From contig CAVZPM010000009.1 in assembly GCA_963777155.1 (NCBI GenBank), positions 103,160 through 167,159 of the forward strand: 64,000 bases of DNA. Direction: 5' to 3'. Both the position numbers and the translations under genes were made by a program. Numbering within the stretch: the stretch's first letter is position 1; every line of letters starts with the position of its first letter. This stretch comes from Candidatus Bathyarchaeota archaeon (GTDB lineage: Archaea; Thermoproteota; Bathyarchaeia; Bathyarchaeales; Bathycorpusculaceae). Shown piece by piece: positions 10,488-20,268 of this stretch. The notes below the pieces were generated by a model, which was given only the letters and a program-made list of their open reading frames with translations, was not told the DNA's origin and ran no database searches.

Positions 10488-11342
10488 TCATACTTTCATG
10501 TTTTCTTCAAAACCCCTCAAAAAACTATCGATGTCCAACCCAATCTTTTCACCCACGTAACCACCTTCCAATACAAAAAATGCGGGTTTTTTAAGTTGGG
10601 CAACTCTTTTTCCAATCTCAAAATAATCCTTGTCAAGTAAGCCTAAGGTTGCTAAATCGCCCTGATGGGTATCGAAACCAGCGGAAACGGCAACTGCCTC
10701 AAACTTGGCTAAATCAACCATGCTTAACGCGGTGTCAAGCGTTTCTAGGTACTGTTTTCCACCCAAGTTACTTGGTAAAGTAAAGTTTATGCAGTTACCT
10801 TCAGTGAAGTTGCCTGTTCCAGGGTAATTAGGCGATTGATGAAGCGACACGTAAGAGACTTTTTCGTTTCCTTGAAAGATTTCTTGTGTACCGTTGCCGT
10901 GGTGTCCATCGATATCTAAGATTAATGTTCTTTTTCCTGATTCCTTTACCGCTACTGCGATGTTGTTTAGGTAGCAGAAACCACGAGTTGAAGATCCTAA
11001 CGCTGCACCAGATTTTCCTGCATGGTGTCCTGGTGGGCGCATCAGGGAAAAACCGTTTATTTTGCTGGCTAATAGCGCTCCGCCTACTGAGAGTCTCGCA
11101 AACTCGTAGATGTTTTGGTACGCAGGGGTATCGGAATCCTCCGCTAACCCTTTCTTTACGTTAAAAACATAATCTGGGTCATGTACAGAAAAGATTTCTT
11201 CATCGTTTGCTGGTTTTGGCTCGACAAACACGTAACCCTTCGCTTTCAAAATGTCATGTGCAATTTTTACTCGTTGTGGGCCTTCAATGTGCCAGGTGCC
11301 GTAGCCTAAACATTTTTCTGAATAGACTATCTTTGTCTTCAT
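10488..11342 (-). CDS. Histone deacetylase / acetylpolyamine amidohydrolase family protein
   Basis: RPPGHHA, GFCYLNN, DIDGHHGNGTQEIF, SAGFD and LEGGY. Confidence 0.93.
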   Translation of the reverse strand: MKTKIVYSEKCLGYGTWHIEGPQRVKIAHDILKAKGYVFVEPKPANDEEIFSVHDPDYVFNVKKGLAEDSDTPAYQNIYEFARLSVGGALLASKINGFSLMRPPGHHAGKSGAALGSSTRGFCYLNNIAVAVKESGKRTLILDIDGHHGNGTQEIFQGNEKVSYVSLHQSPNYPGTGNFTEGNCINFTLPSNLGGKQYLETLDTALSMVDLAKFEAVAVSAGFDTHQGDLATLGLLDKDYFEIGKRVAQLKKPAFFVLEGGYVGEKIGLDIDSFLRGFEENMKV

Positions 11343-11441
11343 CGCTAACTGCATCCAGTACACACATAAATACGGTTACACATTAAAAACATAACCCAGC
11401 CAAAGTAATCCTAGAAATGGATAATTGGAGAGAAAAAAACA

Positions 11442-13388
11442 GTGGTTTCACAGAATCCATTCGACCAATTCCGTCATGAATGTCAAGCTGCGTTAGCAAA
11501 AGCCCTAAACAAGGCACTGCGAGCAGAAAAGCCAACAATTACATTAAACAAGACACCTAACATTGAATATGGCCAGTTAGCCTCTTCACTTTGTTTTGAG
11601 TTGGCAAAAAAAACTAAACAGAAACCTCTCGCTTTAGCCCAACAACTTGTTGACGCCATAGACAAGTCGAGCTTTAACCTAATAGAGAAGGTTGCACCTG
11701 CAGGTGCAGGTTATATAAACTTCCACGTTGACTTTACCAAGTTTTCCAAGCTAACCCTAGAAGCGGTTAAGAATTTGGGTTCTGACTATGGTTTTGTCAA
11801 GGTTGATGAACCTAAAAAAATTATTGTTGAACACACCAGCGTTAACCCGCTACATCCCATACATATTGGTCAAGCCAGAAACCCTATGCTTGGGGATGCT
11901 TTAGCCCGGATTCTCCAGTGTCGAGGGCACACGGTTTCGCGTCACTACTACATCGACGATGTAGGTAGGCAATCCTCGGTTGTCGCATATGGTTACGCTA
12001 AACTAGGTAAACCGAAACCCACTGAGAAATCTGACCTTTTCGTGGGAAAAATCTACACTGTCACTAGTTGCCTTGTGGAGATCAATCGCCAAAAGAGAGC
12101 CCGCGAACTTGCAATCTCGGTCCAGTCAGCCGATGACTTGGCAAAAGCAAACAAGGAAATCGACGAATGGATGTCCATCGCAGTAGAGCTCAAAGAGAAG
12201 TATCCTGTGCTTTTTGAAGCTTTAACGGCGAAGATAGGCGAAGATGAGAACCCTGAAGAAGAAATCAACCGGTTAAACCGCGCTTACGAAGACGGCGAAC
12301 CCAACGCAAAGCAACTCGTCCGCGAAGTCAGCGATCTGTGCCTTGAAGGTTTTAGAGAAACCATGAAGCGTGTTGGCGTGACCTATGATTCTTGGGATTG
12401 GGAAAGCGACTTTGTTTGGAGTACTCAGGTCAGCGAGGTTTTGGCGAAGCTTAAGGATTCACCGTTTGTCCACAATGAAAAGGGTGTTTTAGCGTTTGAG
12501 GCTGAGAAAGTCGTGGAAGCACTTGGCTTAAAATCAAAGTTGGGATTAAGCCAGAACAATGAGGTTCCACCGTTGACGCTTGGTCGAGCTGACGGCACAA
12601 CCCTCTATACCACACGCGACATCGCTTACACATTATGGAAGTTCAAGTATGCGCAGAAAGTCATCAACGTGATCGGTATGGAGCAGTCGTTGGCGCAGTT
12701 GCAGCTCAAGATTGCTCTCTATGCAATGGGTTATGAAGAAAATGCGACAAATCTGGTTCATTTTGCCTATAACTTAGTTACTTTGCCAGGCTATAAGATG
12801 AGTAGCAGAAGAGGACACTACATCACTTTTGACGAGGTTTTAACTGAAGCGGTTCAACGTGCATACGAAGAGGTTTCGAAGCGTTCTCCACTTCTCTGCG
12901 AAGAGGAGAAACGCAAAATCGCCGATTTTGTTGGTTTGGGCGCTGTTCGGTATGCACTCGTTGATGTGGATTCCTCCAAACCCGTGATGTTCACTTGGGA
13001 ACGCGTGCTTAACTTCGAAACCAACAGTGCGCCATACGTTCAGTACACTCACGCCAGAGCTTGTAGCATCCTGCGTAAAGCGGCACGTGAACCAGAAAAC
13101 CCTGACTTTGGACTACTTACCGAAAAACTCGAGCGGGAACTCATCTTGAGCCTTGCAGGTTTCCCTGAAATGTTCATCGAAGCCACAGAATACCTAAAAC
13201 CCAACATGATAGCCGACTACACAAATGTGCTCGCTGACAAATTCAACACCTTCTACAACGCTTACCCCGTGATAAAGGCTGATTCGCAAGAGCTCAGTGA
13301 TGCACGCATAGCCTTGACGCAAGCTATAAAAACCGTGATGCATAACGCATTGAACTTGATTGGTGTGGTTGCCCCCGAAAAAATGTAG
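11442..13388 (+). CDS. argS: Arginine--tRNA ligase
   Basis: EHTSVNPLHPIHIGQARN (HIGH), RADGTTLYTTRDIAY, KMSSRRG, YVQYTHARACSI and PEKM terminus. Confidence 0.97.
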   Translation: MVSQNPFDQFRHECQAALAKALNKALRAEKPTITLNKTPNIEYGQLASSLCFELAKKTKQKPLALAQQLVDAIDKSSFNLIEKVAPAGAGYINFHVDFTKFSKLTLEAVKNLGSDYGFVKVDEPKKIIVEHTSVNPLHPIHIGQARNPMLGDALARILQCRGHTVSRHYYIDDVGRQSSVVAYGYAKLGKPKPTEKSDLFVGKIYTVTSCLVEINRQKRARELAISVQSADDLAKANKEIDEWMSIAVELKEKYPVLFEALTAKIGEDENPEEEINRLNRAYEDGEPNAKQLVREVSDLCLEGFRETMKRVGVTYDSWDWESDFVWSTQVSEVLAKLKDSPFVHNEKGVLAFEAEKVVEALGLKSKLGLSQNNEVPPLTLGRADGTTLYTTRDIAYTLWKFKYAQKVINVIGMEQSLAQLQLKIALYAMGYEENATNLVHFAYNLVTLPGYKMSSRRGHYITFDEVLTEAVQRAYEEVSKRSPLLCEEEKRKIADFVGLGAVRYALVDVDSSKPVMFTWERVLNFETNSAPYVQYTHARACSILRKAAREPENPDFGLLTEKLERELILSLAGFPEMFIEATEYLKPNMIADYTNVLADKFNTFYNAYPVIKADSQELSDARIALTQAIKTVMHNALNLIGVVAPEKM

Positions 13389-13564
13389 ACCTGACTCTCT
13401 TACATTCCCCTTTAACGTAAACAAAATTCTAAATATTGACGGTGTTTAGGTTAATTAGAGCCATAAAACAATACGTTCGTGGTATGTTTGCCGTAACATT
13501 CAAGAACAACCGTGTTTCCCTTTGATATAATTTTTCCACAAAGAAGAAGAAAACAGGAGCTTGG

Positions 13565-14254
13565 ATGATGGGGGCAAAAGCTACACACTGCTGGATAATA
13601 TGCAAAAAAGTATTTAGCGTAACCCTAGTCTTCAACGCGCTTGTATCAATAGGCTGCGCAGCAGGAATCCTGTCAGGCTATTATTGGCGCTATCAGAATT
13701 GGCAGCCATTTGCACCCTACCTTGCAAGCGCTAGCCTCTTTTGGGTACTAATCGCCACTGCAGTCATCAACATATTTCCTAGCGCTGGACTTGGACGCTC
13801 CCTGCACACCGGCAGACTATTCTTTCACCACTACTTCTACGGCTTTCTGGTTTTAATTTTTTCATCAATCTATATCGTATTTTTTACACCTGTGTCTTTG
13901 CTAAACATCTTTTTTGTGAACAACACTAGTATCCAAGTTAATGTTGGGAGAGTTTTCCTGCTAGGTGGCTTAGCTTTGGTTTTAGATGACCTGCCCGATG
14001 TGCATGGGAAAATTGAATCTTCCTTAAACTGGCTAAAAACAAAAGCAGGTCAGGGTGGAAAAGTCATCTCTGCAGTTCATATAATAACTGGGGCATTTAC
14101 GTTCTATATTTTTGTCGCAATGACTTTGGCTATGATAGAAAACGCATCTTATGTCACGGTGGCTAATTTGGTTGTACTTGTTTCCGCCTTCATTACGGGC
14201 TTTACCTCGTTTATTTTTATTAAAAGAAGTGTTTGGCTAAAAATCAAGGTCTAA
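13565..14254 (+). CDS. Hypothetical integral membrane protein
   Basis: 229 aa with about 6 hydrophobic segments; HHYFYG and LVLDDLPD motifs. Confidence 0.7.
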   Translation: MMGAKATHCWIICKKVFSVTLVFNALVSIGCAAGILSGYYWRYQNWQPFAPYLASASLFWVLIATAVINIFPSAGLGRSLHTGRLFFHHYFYGFLVLIFSSIYIVFFTPVSLLNIFFVNNTSIQVNVGRVFLLGGLALVLDDLPDVHGKIESSLNWLKTKAGQGGKVISAVHIITGAFTFYIFVAMTLAMIENASYVTVANLVVLVSAFITGFTSFIFIKRSVWLKIKV

Positions 14255-14344
14255 AAACCAACCAGCACAACACTTGTTAGACTTTCCAGCAACAACAAAT
14301 TTCATATACAAGCCCAATAATCTAAAAGCGAGGCGTGCATCCTG

Positions 14345-15421
14345 ATGAGTAATGATTCATATTTCAGTAAGAAGCTTGAACCAATCAAAGTTACCAAACA
14401 AAAACCAATCTCACAACTTCTAAAAGAAATGGGCAAGACCGCCTATCAAGGGCGCAAACTGGGCGAAGCAGTTGATGTTTGGGAGAACATGATCAATTCA
14501 AAAGACACCGTTATCGCTATGGGCTTTGCAGGTTCAATGAGTACTGCGGGGCAATGGACAATAATTAATTGGCTTATGGAAAATCGTTTCATTGACGTTT
14601 TGGTTTCTACTGGCGCAAACGTCAGCGAAGACATCGTGGACGCCATGGGACTCGGCTACTATCAGGGTAGCCACATGGTCGATGACTCTCAACTGCTCCA
14701 TGACGACGTCAACCGGTACTACGACGTCTATGGCAAAGAAACCGATTACCGTAAAATGGAAGATGTCGTCACAGATTACGTTATGACTTGTAAAGAAGAC
14801 TTCATGTACACTTCAGCAGAATTCCTATATGGATTGGGCAAGTACCTTGGCAAGAAAAAAATCCCTGCCATATCTGCAGTTGCTGCAGCCAACGGCGTCC
14901 CAATCTTTAGCCCAGCCATGGTTGATAGTGCATACGGCGAAACCTTCCTCCTCGCAAAGAACAAAGGTCACAACGTCCACATCGACAGCGTAAAAGAATT
15001 TGACCAATTTGTAAGCATAGGAACCAAAACTAAGGAAGTCGGCGTCGTCTACATCGGTGGCGGCGTTCCCAAAGATCTAACGCAGCTCATCGCCATATCT
15101 GTTTCACCCATGACCGAAGACCAGGGCGTTAAGGGCAGAAAAGGCGGTTTGCGCAAGAGCCTACAAGAATACTACTACCCCCACAAATACGCCATTCAAA
15201 TCACCACAGATTCACCCCAATGGGGCGGTTTAAGTGGTTGCACTTTGGAAGAAGCGATTAGCTGGGGTAAAATCAATAGCCAAACTGGTTCACGCGCGGT
15301 CTGCTACTGTGATGCGACAATTGCGTTGCCACTCATTTGCCACGCGTTGGCTGAGCGTGTTCCAGAAAAACGGAAAGGTCCAGACATGAGCTGGATCTTC
15401 AAAGATGTGCCAAAGGCATAA
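14345..15421 (+). CDS. Deoxyhypusine synthase-like protein (homospermidine-synthase-like paralogue)
   Basis: VSTGANVSED, GGGVPKD, ITTDSPQWGGLSGCTLEEAISWGK and CDATIALP. Confidence 0.88.
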   Translation: MSNDSYFSKKLEPIKVTKQKPISQLLKEMGKTAYQGRKLGEAVDVWENMINSKDTVIAMGFAGSMSTAGQWTIINWLMENRFIDVLVSTGANVSEDIVDAMGLGYYQGSHMVDDSQLLHDDVNRYYDVYGKETDYRKMEDVVTDYVMTCKEDFMYTSAEFLYGLGKYLGKKKIPAISAVAAANGVPIFSPAMVDSAYGETFLLAKNKGHNVHIDSVKEFDQFVSIGTKTKEVGVVYIGGGVPKDLTQLIAISVSPMTEDQGVKGRKGGLRKSLQEYYYPHKYAIQITTDSPQWGGLSGCTLEEAISWGKINSQTGSRAVCYCDATIALPLICHALAERVPEKRKGPDMSWIFKDVPKA

Positions 15422-15436
15422 AAAAAGAATTATTTT

Positions 15437-16399
15437 TTATTTTTTCTTCTTTTTGCTTAATCTATCAATTAATGCGCTTGTCATTACAGGCATAACCATT
15501 GTGGCGTCGCCTTCAATCATTATGCGTCTGGCTTTTTCGTTGATTTTTCCCCAGGAGACCGCTTCGCGTGGTCTGGCGCCGCTAAGGCTTCCGTCCCACT
15601 CATCTGCGGTGCTGATGTAGACGACGTAGTCTAAGCCATCTTTGAATTGGTTCCACCAAATCACATGATGCTTGCTGATACCTCCTCCAACGATAAGGGC
15701 CCCCGTTTGCTTGGCATCAAAAACTATGTTGTTTAAGTCATCTTCGTCCTTTAGCAGGTTAACTCTGAAATCTTTGTGGTCTTGGCTAAAGAACCAAAGT
15801 TGGTAGCCTACTGAACCATCGGTTATGCCTGGAACGAAAACGGGGATGTTGTTTTTGGCTGCCCAATAAAGAATTGAGCTCTCGTTGCAACAGCGTAGGC
15901 CGATTTCTCTGCATAATTCAGTGGTTGAGAGTTCTTTTTTGCCCTCTTTGTACAGTTCCTCAAGCATGCCTATTATTTTCTTCTCAATAATGATGCCATA
16001 ACTGTCGTTTGGCACCAGTACGTTGCCGAGGCGGTTTACGCCTTCCTGATGTAGCTTGGAATCGTTCATTATGAAGCTGCCTTTGTAATAGTCTTTCCAG
16101 CAGCGAGCAACATCATGGTCAAGTGTGCCGCAAGTTGTGATAACGAGGTCGACAAGTTTGCGTTTTACAAGTTCTCGTATTACTCCCCGTGTGCCTGTTG
16201 CAACGATGTCAGCGGTGAACGAGAGGAATTTGACGCAGCCTTTAGCGTTTATCATCTCTTCCATTATGCTAACGCCGGTGGCAAGCTTGCCCGCAGTAAA
16301 ACCCCATGCGTCGTCCATTTGTTTGACAAGCTCGTCAACGGACATTTTTTCGGTAAACTGGTAATCTTTAACTGGAATTTTATGTGAAACCTTAGGCAT
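15437..16399 (-). CDS. dhs: Deoxyhypusine synthase (canonical, aIF5A-modifying)
   Basis: NRLGNVLVP, PGITDGSVG, GGGISKHH and DGSLSGARPREAVSWGK. Confidence 0.92.
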   Translation of the reverse strand: MPKVSHKIPVKDYQFTEKMSVDELVKQMDDAWGFTAGKLATGVSIMEEMINAKGCVKFLSFTADIVATGTRGVIRELVKRKLVDLVITTCGTLDHDVARCWKDYYKGSFIMNDSKLHQEGVNRLGNVLVPNDSYGIIIEKKIIGMLEELYKEGKKELSTTELCREIGLRCCNESSILYWAAKNNIPVFVPGITDGSVGYQLWFFSQDHKDFRVNLLKDEDDLNNIVFDAKQTGALIVGGGISKHHVIWWNQFKDGLDYVVYISTADEWDGSLSGARPREAVSWGKINEKARRIMIEGDATMVMPVMTSALIDRLSKKKKK

Positions 16400-16465
16400 A
16401 ACCAACAACTCCTGTTCACTGGGATAAAATGTGTGTTAAAATAAATACGTGTCGAAATCTAAGGG

Positions 16466-17344
16466 CTATTCTGACAGGTAGCTGATGATTCTTTGGTAAA
16501 TGTCGCCGTCGGATGAGTCTTCGTAACCCGCGTAGATGCTTGGGTTATCGTTAACTTCCACGACCACGTATTGACCGTCAACTTCTTTTATGTCCACGCC
16601 ATACAGGCCTTTGCCAACTACGCTGCAGGCTTTCAAAGCAACTTCTCTAAGGCGCGCTGGCATCTCTTGTTTATGCAGGCTCACTGTTCTTCCCCAAATC
16701 ACCGTTGGTTTACCCCGCAGCTTGGCGCCGTGCTTCCATTTGCCCTTAGGAATCATGTATTTGCAGACATACAACACATCGTTGTTTAGGACACCGACTC
16801 TCCAATCAAACGCTGTTGGCGTAAACTTTTGGATGGCCAAAACATCAGATTTCTTAAAGAACCGTTTCGCAACGTCACGGAAGCTTGTTTCGCAAGCAGC
16901 TTTCTCAACGTAACGGGAGAAGCTAGTGTATGGAGCCTTTATGACAACTGGTTTTCCAAGATCTTCAAAGATATCGTTGATTTTTTTGTGGTGCAGCTCA
17001 TCCTTATTTAGGAACACCGTAGGGATGTGTGGAACATTGTATTTTTCAAAGAGTGCGTATTGGTGGATTTTGTTGCCGCATACCGTGATGGATTCTGGGT
17101 CGTCGATGACTTTCATTCCTAGCTCCCATGCGGTTTTGGAAACCACATACGCCGTGTTTAGAGGGTCTGTTGTTGCCCTAATGAAGACGGAATCGTATTT
17201 TGGCACATCAGAAATGTTTTCACGGAATAGGAAACTGAATTGGTTGCCTGATTCCTCGGCGGCTAACTTGAAATTGGCGAGCGCCCCTTCCTCACGAGGA
17301 TCAGTAAAATTATATTTTTCAACAAAACAAGCGATCTTAGACAC
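16466..17344 (-). CDS. RimK-family ATP-grasp ligase
   Basis: VIDDPESI, VVIKAP, FDWRVGVL, YGVDIKE and EVNDNP. Confidence 0.88.
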   Translation of the reverse strand: MSKIACFVEKYNFTDPREEGALANFKLAAEESGNQFSFLFRENISDVPKYDSVFIRATTDPLNTAYVVSKTAWELGMKVIDDPESITVCGNKIHQYALFEKYNVPHIPTVFLNKDELHHKKINDIFEDLGKPVVIKAPYTSFSRYVEKAACETSFRDVAKRFFKKSDVLAIQKFTPTAFDWRVGVLNNDVLYVCKYMIPKGKWKHGAKLRGKPTVIWGRTVSLHKQEMPARLREVALKACSVVGKGLYGVDIKEVDGQYVVVEVNDNPSIYAGYEDSSDGDIYQRIISYLSE

Positions 17345-18038
17345 CGAAGGGTACACCCTGCTCAGAAATGAGCAAAACCTCTTTGGATATTGTTTGCAAG
17401 TCCTCTCTGGAGAGCTCCTCTTTCTCTACGGGTTGCAGTCCACACAAATAAGCTTTATCTACATTTTTTTGTATGTGAAGTTTGCAAACTGGGATTTTGA
17501 AAGTATCATACACCTTTTTTGCGATTGCTTCTATCCCTGGCTCAGCGCTGGCAACCTTGCCGAAAAAGCTTTTAACAGTTAACAATTCACCTTTGAGTGG
17601 TTGAGCGCAAACAGCGAATTTATAATTCATGCCCAAGCTTTTCATAGCGCGATATAACGCGCTTTTATTCTGGGCAATTTTAAAGCCATCATAAATGAAT
17701 GGGTTAACCGCGAATAAGATTACTGGAAGGCCAAGCTCTGTTATGATTTTTTTGACTGAATCGGTGACGAGGCTGGGTAAGGTTGGAACTCCCGCTTTTG
17801 CTGCACGGAGCAGAAGCAGCGGGGTTCGGCTTGAATCAATGATATTTTCGCACGATGGAATAACACGGTTGCCTAAAACCTCCGCATGCATAGAAACATA
17901 ATAGCCTGCTTTCATGTAGCGATATTCATTGCTGATGTTGAGTGTTGGTTCTTTGATCTTGGATTCTAAAAACAACGCGGGCTTCATTACTTGAAGATTA
18001 GCTGTTAGGTCGATGTTTGAGACGACCAACACGTTCAT
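17337..18038 (-). CDS. RimK-like ATP-grasp N-terminal (RLAN) domain protein
   Basis: NISNEYRYMKAGYYVSMHAEVLGNRVIPS matches the RLAN signature (Y.Y...GYY.SL.AE). Confidence 0.75.
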   Translation of the reverse strand: MNVLVVSNIDLTANLQVMKPALFLESKIKEPTLNISNEYRYMKAGYYVSMHAEVLGNRVIPSCENIIDSSRTPLLLLRAAKAGVPTLPSLVTDSVKKIITELGLPVILFAVNPFIYDGFKIAQNKSALYRAMKSLGMNYKFAVCAQPLKGELLTVKSFFGKVASAEPGIEAIAKKVYDTFKIPVCKLHIQKNVDKAYLCGLQPVEKEELSREDLQTISKEVLLISEQGVPFGV

Positions 18039-18142
18039 GAGACACCAGGTAATTGAGAGGCGTTATTCGTGCAGTTATATTTAAAATTAACTATGCACTA
18101 AACACACATCGCAAGTCAGAGATAAACAGAAAAGAGGCAAAA

Positions 18143-19333
18143 GTAACGTACAAACCACTCGAAGTCCTTGGACCAGAACATGAATTCTCACTGGTAGACA
18201 AAAACCTGAATATTCTACCAGTCGCTGATAAAATCATCAAAGAATACTGCGGACGAATAGTCAACTTCATTGAATTGCCCAATTTCACTTTTGGAAAAGA
18301 AATGCAACTGCACGTGATGGAGATAAAGACTAATCAACCATTCAAGTCGCCTGGTGAATTTGAGGAAACTATACATGCTGCGGTCATTTCTCTCAGCGGA
18401 ATTGTTGAAAAGTATGGCGCCAGCCTTCTTGGTACAGGAATGCACCCCCTGATGGGCCTCAAAGATACCGCCGTGTGGCCTCACTACCACAGAAAAATCT
18501 ACCATGAGTACAGCAAAATCTTCAACCTAAACCAACATGGTTGGCTAAACATACAAAGCTTCCACCTGAACTTGCCCTATCAAAAGGAAGCCGACGCCAT
18601 CCAGATCCACAACCAACTCGCCAACCTATGTGCTTATCTGCCTGCTATATCCGCTTCCTCACCAATATTCGAAGGCAAAAACGGTCCCGACCGAGACAAC
18701 CGCCTGCAATTTTACAAGGTAAACCAGAAAGAAGTGTCCTCAGTAACGGGAAATGTTATTCCAGAATATACATCATCACTTAGCGCGTACAAACGAGATG
18801 TGATCGAACAGTACTCCATGGATTTAGCGAAGGCGGGTGCAGACAAAACGTTGCTACATCGGGAATGGGTTAACTCCCGAGGCGTGATCTTCAGGTTTGA
18901 CCGCCATGCCCTCGAGGTCAGGGTGATGGATGAGCAGGAGTGTATAAAGTCGGATGTGGCGCTGGCATGTTTCGTGCGGGCTGCCCTGCGAGGCTTAATC
19001 GCATCTAACGCTAAGCTTTTACCCCATGACGTTTTAGTAAAAGACTTCAATTCAGTAATTGCAGATGGTTTAGACGCTAAAGTCTCAAATCCGAACGGGA
19101 AAACTGCACGGCAAGTATGCCAAAACTACCTTAACTTAGCCAAGGAGAACGCTATTGAGGACGAGAAAAAGTATTTGTGGCTCATCAAACGTCGAATTGA
19201 CGAAGGTTGCCTCTCGGAGCTCATACGTGCAAGGATCTTGCGGCGCGCGGAAAAAACCGATTTCCATCAGGCAATAATCGATGTCTATTCAACGCTTATT
19301 AAGTGCCTTCAGGATAATCAACCCTACTTCTAG
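18143..19333 (+). CDS. Glutamate--cysteine ligase family 2 (GCS2, COOH-NH2 ligase); start uncertain
   Basis: GPEHEFSLVD, HVMEIKT, GTGMHP, QSFHLNLP, ASSPIFEG, NSRGVIFRFDR and LEVRVMD. Confidence 0.88.
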   Translation, partial: VTYKPLEVLGPEHEFSLVDKNLNILPVADKIIKEYCGRIVNFIELPNFTFGKEMQLHVMEIKTNQPFKSPGEFEETIHAAVISLSGIVEKYGASLLGTGMHPLMGLKDTAVWPHYHRKIYHEYSKIFNLNQHGWLNIQSFHLNLPYQKEADAIQIHNQLANLCAYLPAISASSPIFEGKNGPDRDNRLQFYKVNQKEVSSVTGNVIPEYTSSLSAYKRDVIEQYSMDLAKAGADKTLLHREWVNSRGVIFRFDRHALEVRVMDEQECIKSDVALACFVRAALRGLIASNAKLLPHDVLVKDFNSVIADGLDAKVSNPNGKTARQVCQNYLNLAKENAIEDEKKYLWLIKRRIDEGCLSELIRARILRRAEKTDFHQAIIDVYSTLIKCLQDNQPYF

Positions 19334-19341
19334 GTGCCCTA

Positions 19342-19884
19342 ATGCCCGAAGACAACAACGGAACAACCTACTCATTTGACGTATGTAGCCAATGCAAAAG
19401 CATCTGTTGTCAAGACGCCAAACCACCATTGAGCGAAAAACGGATAAAAATCCTCCAGGAATACCTAATAAAACAAAAAATAAGCATCACCGAACCATTT
19501 GCTAAAAACGATTACTCTTACCCAGCTGTCGATGAAGATATTTACTGCAGATTATTCAGCAGGCAAACGGGTAAATGTATGGTTCATCCTGTGAAGCCTG
19601 AAACTTGTGTAAGTGGACCCATTACTTTCGATATTAACTTTAGAACAAAAAAGGTTGAATGGTTCTTGAAGACCTCTACACTCTGCGCTTACGCAGGAGA
19701 CCTCTACAAAAACAAGGCTGGTTTTAAAGAGCATTTTGAAGTGGCTAAAGAACAAATTACCGCTCTAATTAAACAGTTAAGTGCCGACGAGTTGAGGGCA
19801 ATTGTCAAAATCGATGAGCCCCAAACCTTCAAGGTAGGCGAAGATGATTTGCCCACTGAAGTGGTTAAAAAACTCGGCTTATAG
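19342..19884 (+). CDS. YkgJ family CxxCxxxCC cysteine-cluster protein
   Basis: CSQCKSICC...C.L...GKCMVHPVKPETC. Confidence 0.85.
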   Translation: MPEDNNGTTYSFDVCSQCKSICCQDAKPPLSEKRIKILQEYLIKQKISITEPFAKNDYSYPAVDEDIYCRLFSRQTGKCMVHPVKPETCVSGPITFDINFRTKKVEWFLKTSTLCAYAGDLYKNKAGFKEHFEVAKEQITALIKQLSADELRAIVKIDEPQTFKVGEDDLPTEVVKKLGL

Positions 19885-20211
19885 AAAACCTGCATCCCTT
19901 AATTTGAGTGCGACACCTATATTGCCTTTGAACTGAACTCTTCCTGTGAAGAAGGCTTTTTCAGCACTCAACCTTCCGTTAACCATATCTAAGAAGTCAT
20001 TCTCGTTCATCTTTAAAGTAACCGTTGGCGACGGATGGGTTCCTTCAGTCACCTGAAGCTTTAGATCTTTTATGGTCACTATCCAGTTGCCTCCCTCTGG
20101 TCCAGTTACATTTATCTGTGCTACGACATCGATGCCTGAAGCTTTTTCGGGTTTAAACCGCGCGGGCAGCGCTTTTTCGAAGAACTCTAAAGGGGTATTT
20201 GTCTCCATCAT
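19879..20211 (-). CDS. SCP2 sterol/lipid-binding domain protein
   Basis: GPEGGNWIVTIKD...DFLDMVNGRLSAEKAFFTGRVQFKGN. Confidence 0.85.
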   Translation of the reverse strand: MMETNTPLEFFEKALPARFKPEKASGIDVVAQINVTGPEGGNWIVTIKDLKLQVTEGTHPSPTVTLKMNENDFLDMVNGRLSAEKAFFTGRVQFKGNIGVALKLRDAGFL

Positions 20212-20268
20212 TTCAACCCATTGATTTTCAGCTATTTTACGCATTTAGGTTATTGAAGCTTTGGTAAA

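Noticed and set aside
16926-17582. 218-aa plus-strand ORF
   Set aside because: Antisense to the RimK and RLAN genes; no recognisable features.
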